DNA of 64,000 nucleotides from Camelus dromedarius (Eukaryota): NCBI RefSeq assembly GCF_036321535.1, contig NC_087437.1, positions 113,338,001 to 113,402,000 of the forward strand, read 5' to 3'. Positions 62,037 to 64,000 of this stretch are shown piece by piece. A program made the translations under genes and the position numbers. How positions within the stretch are numbered: the stretch's first letter is position 1; every line of letters begins with the position of its first letter. The notes beneath the pieces are model-generated. The model worked only from the letters and a program-made list of their open reading frames with translations. It was not told the origin of the DNA and did no database searches.

Positions 62037-63284
62037 AGTGATTGTCCTTTTGTGTGGGTGGAGACATGAGTCCCAGAACAAGCAGGCTGGGGAGAGGACG
62101 GGGGCAGGTTAGGCGAGGTCCCCGATGTTCTCCGTAGGGACGAGGCAGGGTTTCCCTGTCTTTAAAGGAACTCCCTGTGTTGAGGGGTTTCCTAGAACCT
62201 TAGAGGACAGTGGCCATTTGCTCCATATGTGAGTTTTCCTGGAGTGACTTCTGTGGGCCTGGCCGTGGGCAGTGGATGATGCCAGGGAGAGGGAAGAAAA
62301 TGAACTCGTCCCCGGCACAGTGAGGGGACAGTTAATCACCAGCTTACAGAAAGCTGACAGGGTCCGCCCTGAAGGAATGTGCCAACAGGAAATAATTAGT
62401 AAACGATCTGGCGTTAAACCAGGCAGAGCCAACTCCATTGTCAGAGGACTTCAGAAAAGGTGAAAAACAATGCTGCCCAGACGGTCATAGAAAAGGATGT
62501 AGAGTTGGAGGAACTTGCTGACCAGACCTGAGGAGGAGCGAGATGGTAGCAGAGTGGACAAGAGGGACTTCAGGAAGGTGATGTGGGATAATTAAGGACC
62601 CAGCAGTTGGCCTGAGAAAGGACAGCATTTAAGGGGAGTACGTGGCTTGACTGGCTGGCATATATTAGAAAGTGGAGAGGAAGGGAGGGAGGAGGGGAGA
62701 GAGGACAGAGGAGAGAAGACAGAAGTGAGAGAGGAAGGGAAAGGGGAGGGTCCAGGAGGGGGGACGAAAGAAGAGGGGGTTGCAACAGAGTATTGAATGT
62801 TTCTGTGTGTCTGGCATGGTTCTGTGTGTTTTCTGCAGAACAGCTAATTAGTGCTCACCCAGCACTGCTGACCTTAAGTTGTGAATGAGCAAGAGCTACA
62901 CTGGAAGTTTAGGTACTTTGCCCTGGTCACACTGCTTGTGAGCAATGCAATTAGAATTTGCACTTGAGTAACGTTCCAGCAGCATGAGCTAAGGACACGG
63001 GCATTTTATCTGGGTTAAGCTTGTCTAGGATATGGGGAAGATCAGAGGGGCTAGAAATCCCAGGCAGAGAGATCAGCAGGAGGCTGCGGCAGGAATCCAG
63101 GTGGGAGGCTCTGCGACCCAGGTGAGAGGGGATTACAAAGGCAGAAATCTGTGCTGGAGGTCAGAAGAAGGGTAGGAGAGTCTAGTTTCCATCTCAAGGA
63201 CCTGGAAGGAAGCTGGGACTGTAGATTGAATCCAGTTTCCAAGGATAGGAGAGATCTTTCTTTGCCTAATTCTGTTTGGGTCTT

Positions 63285-63378
63285 TGGGCAGCTTACGTGG
63301 TCTCTCTGAGCCTCAGTTTCCGCATCTGTAAAATGGGAATAGTAATAGGACATCTTACAGGCATTTGAAAGGATTGAA
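63285..63378 (+). mobile_element. MIR core fragment
   Basis: ctctctgagcctcagtttccgcatctgtaaaatgggaatagtaatag. Confidence 0.75.
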
Positions 63379-64000
63379 TCCAATCATGTCCATAAATAGT
63401 TCACAACTATACTTGAAATCAGAGTAGGTCTTCAAGGAGTGTTTGTTTTTAAAAATCACATTCAAAATTGCTGGTCTGGGAGGACATTTTCTTCCTGTTT
63501 GACAAGGAAGAGGTGGGCTAGCTTGTTTCCCCCCCCACCTGGCTGTCATAGTGTGGATCCGAGCACTTCCAGCGTGTTGAATGTCAAGTTCTGATGGGAG
63601 GAGGGGGTTACCTTCTTCTCTCATTGCTCGGAGCTCACTCTCCCCCAGGTGATGGTGGACACAGCAGTGGCCACCTGCTCGGGCCCCCTTGGTGCGGACT
63701 CCAAAAGTCAGAAAGGAGATCAGCCTCTCAGCTTTTACAGGCAGAGGGCTTTGGTGTCGTTTTCTTAAAAAGTAAGCAGCTCCCCTGGGCTCATCAGCCC
63801 TGCCATCGGTCAGGGGTGGTCAGGTGTGGTCAGGTGTGGTCAGGGGTGCCCAGCCCCCTAGAAGGTGTTTCCTCTGGACGGTTCCCCGCAAGGTTGATGT
63901 AACTCCCAGACACGATGCCAGGCCTGGGCCCTGCCGTTTCTGCCTCCTGGCTGGGGATCTGTTTGCTTTTGCAATTAAGCAAACGACTTCAGTTACTAAT

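Noticed and set aside
45706..64000. Search for further CLIC6 exons (AGxDGESIGNCPFSQR)
   Set aside because: Not seen in the ORF track or by eye; they probably lie beyond the window, though a small alternative exon cannot be excluded.

Overview
Mammalian genomic DNA, almost certainly a camelid given the Vic-1-like tRNA-derived SINEs. It covers the divergent (head-to-head) 5' ends of two genes. RCAN1 exon 1 is on the minus strand (CDS 9002-9244, intron 1 running off the left edge) and CLIC6 exon 1 is on the plus strand (CDS 44578-45705, intron 1 running off the right edge). Each exon lies in a CpG island, and the start codons are about 35 kb apart. The rest is intronic or intergenic DNA rich in MIR, L2, L1, MaLR/ERVL LTRs, hAT/Tigger MITEs and microsatellites. 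The most unusual structure is an inverted duplication in CLIC6 intron 1 (arms ~52297-52825 and ~53872-54805, spacer ~1.05 kb). Its core is ~96% identical, its inner ends are more diverged, and only one arm carries an L1 insertion, which suggests an old inverted repeat under gene conversion and a potentially invertible segment. Other points of interest are a candidate alternative RCAN1 promoter and first exon, three strong CTCF motifs in divergent orientation, a CArG/palindromic GC-box module upstream of CLIC6, and a CLIC6 decapeptide repeat with only 3 units. I found no new protein-coding system. Repeat subfamily names come from recognition by eye, and their boundaries are approximate unless TSDs are cited.
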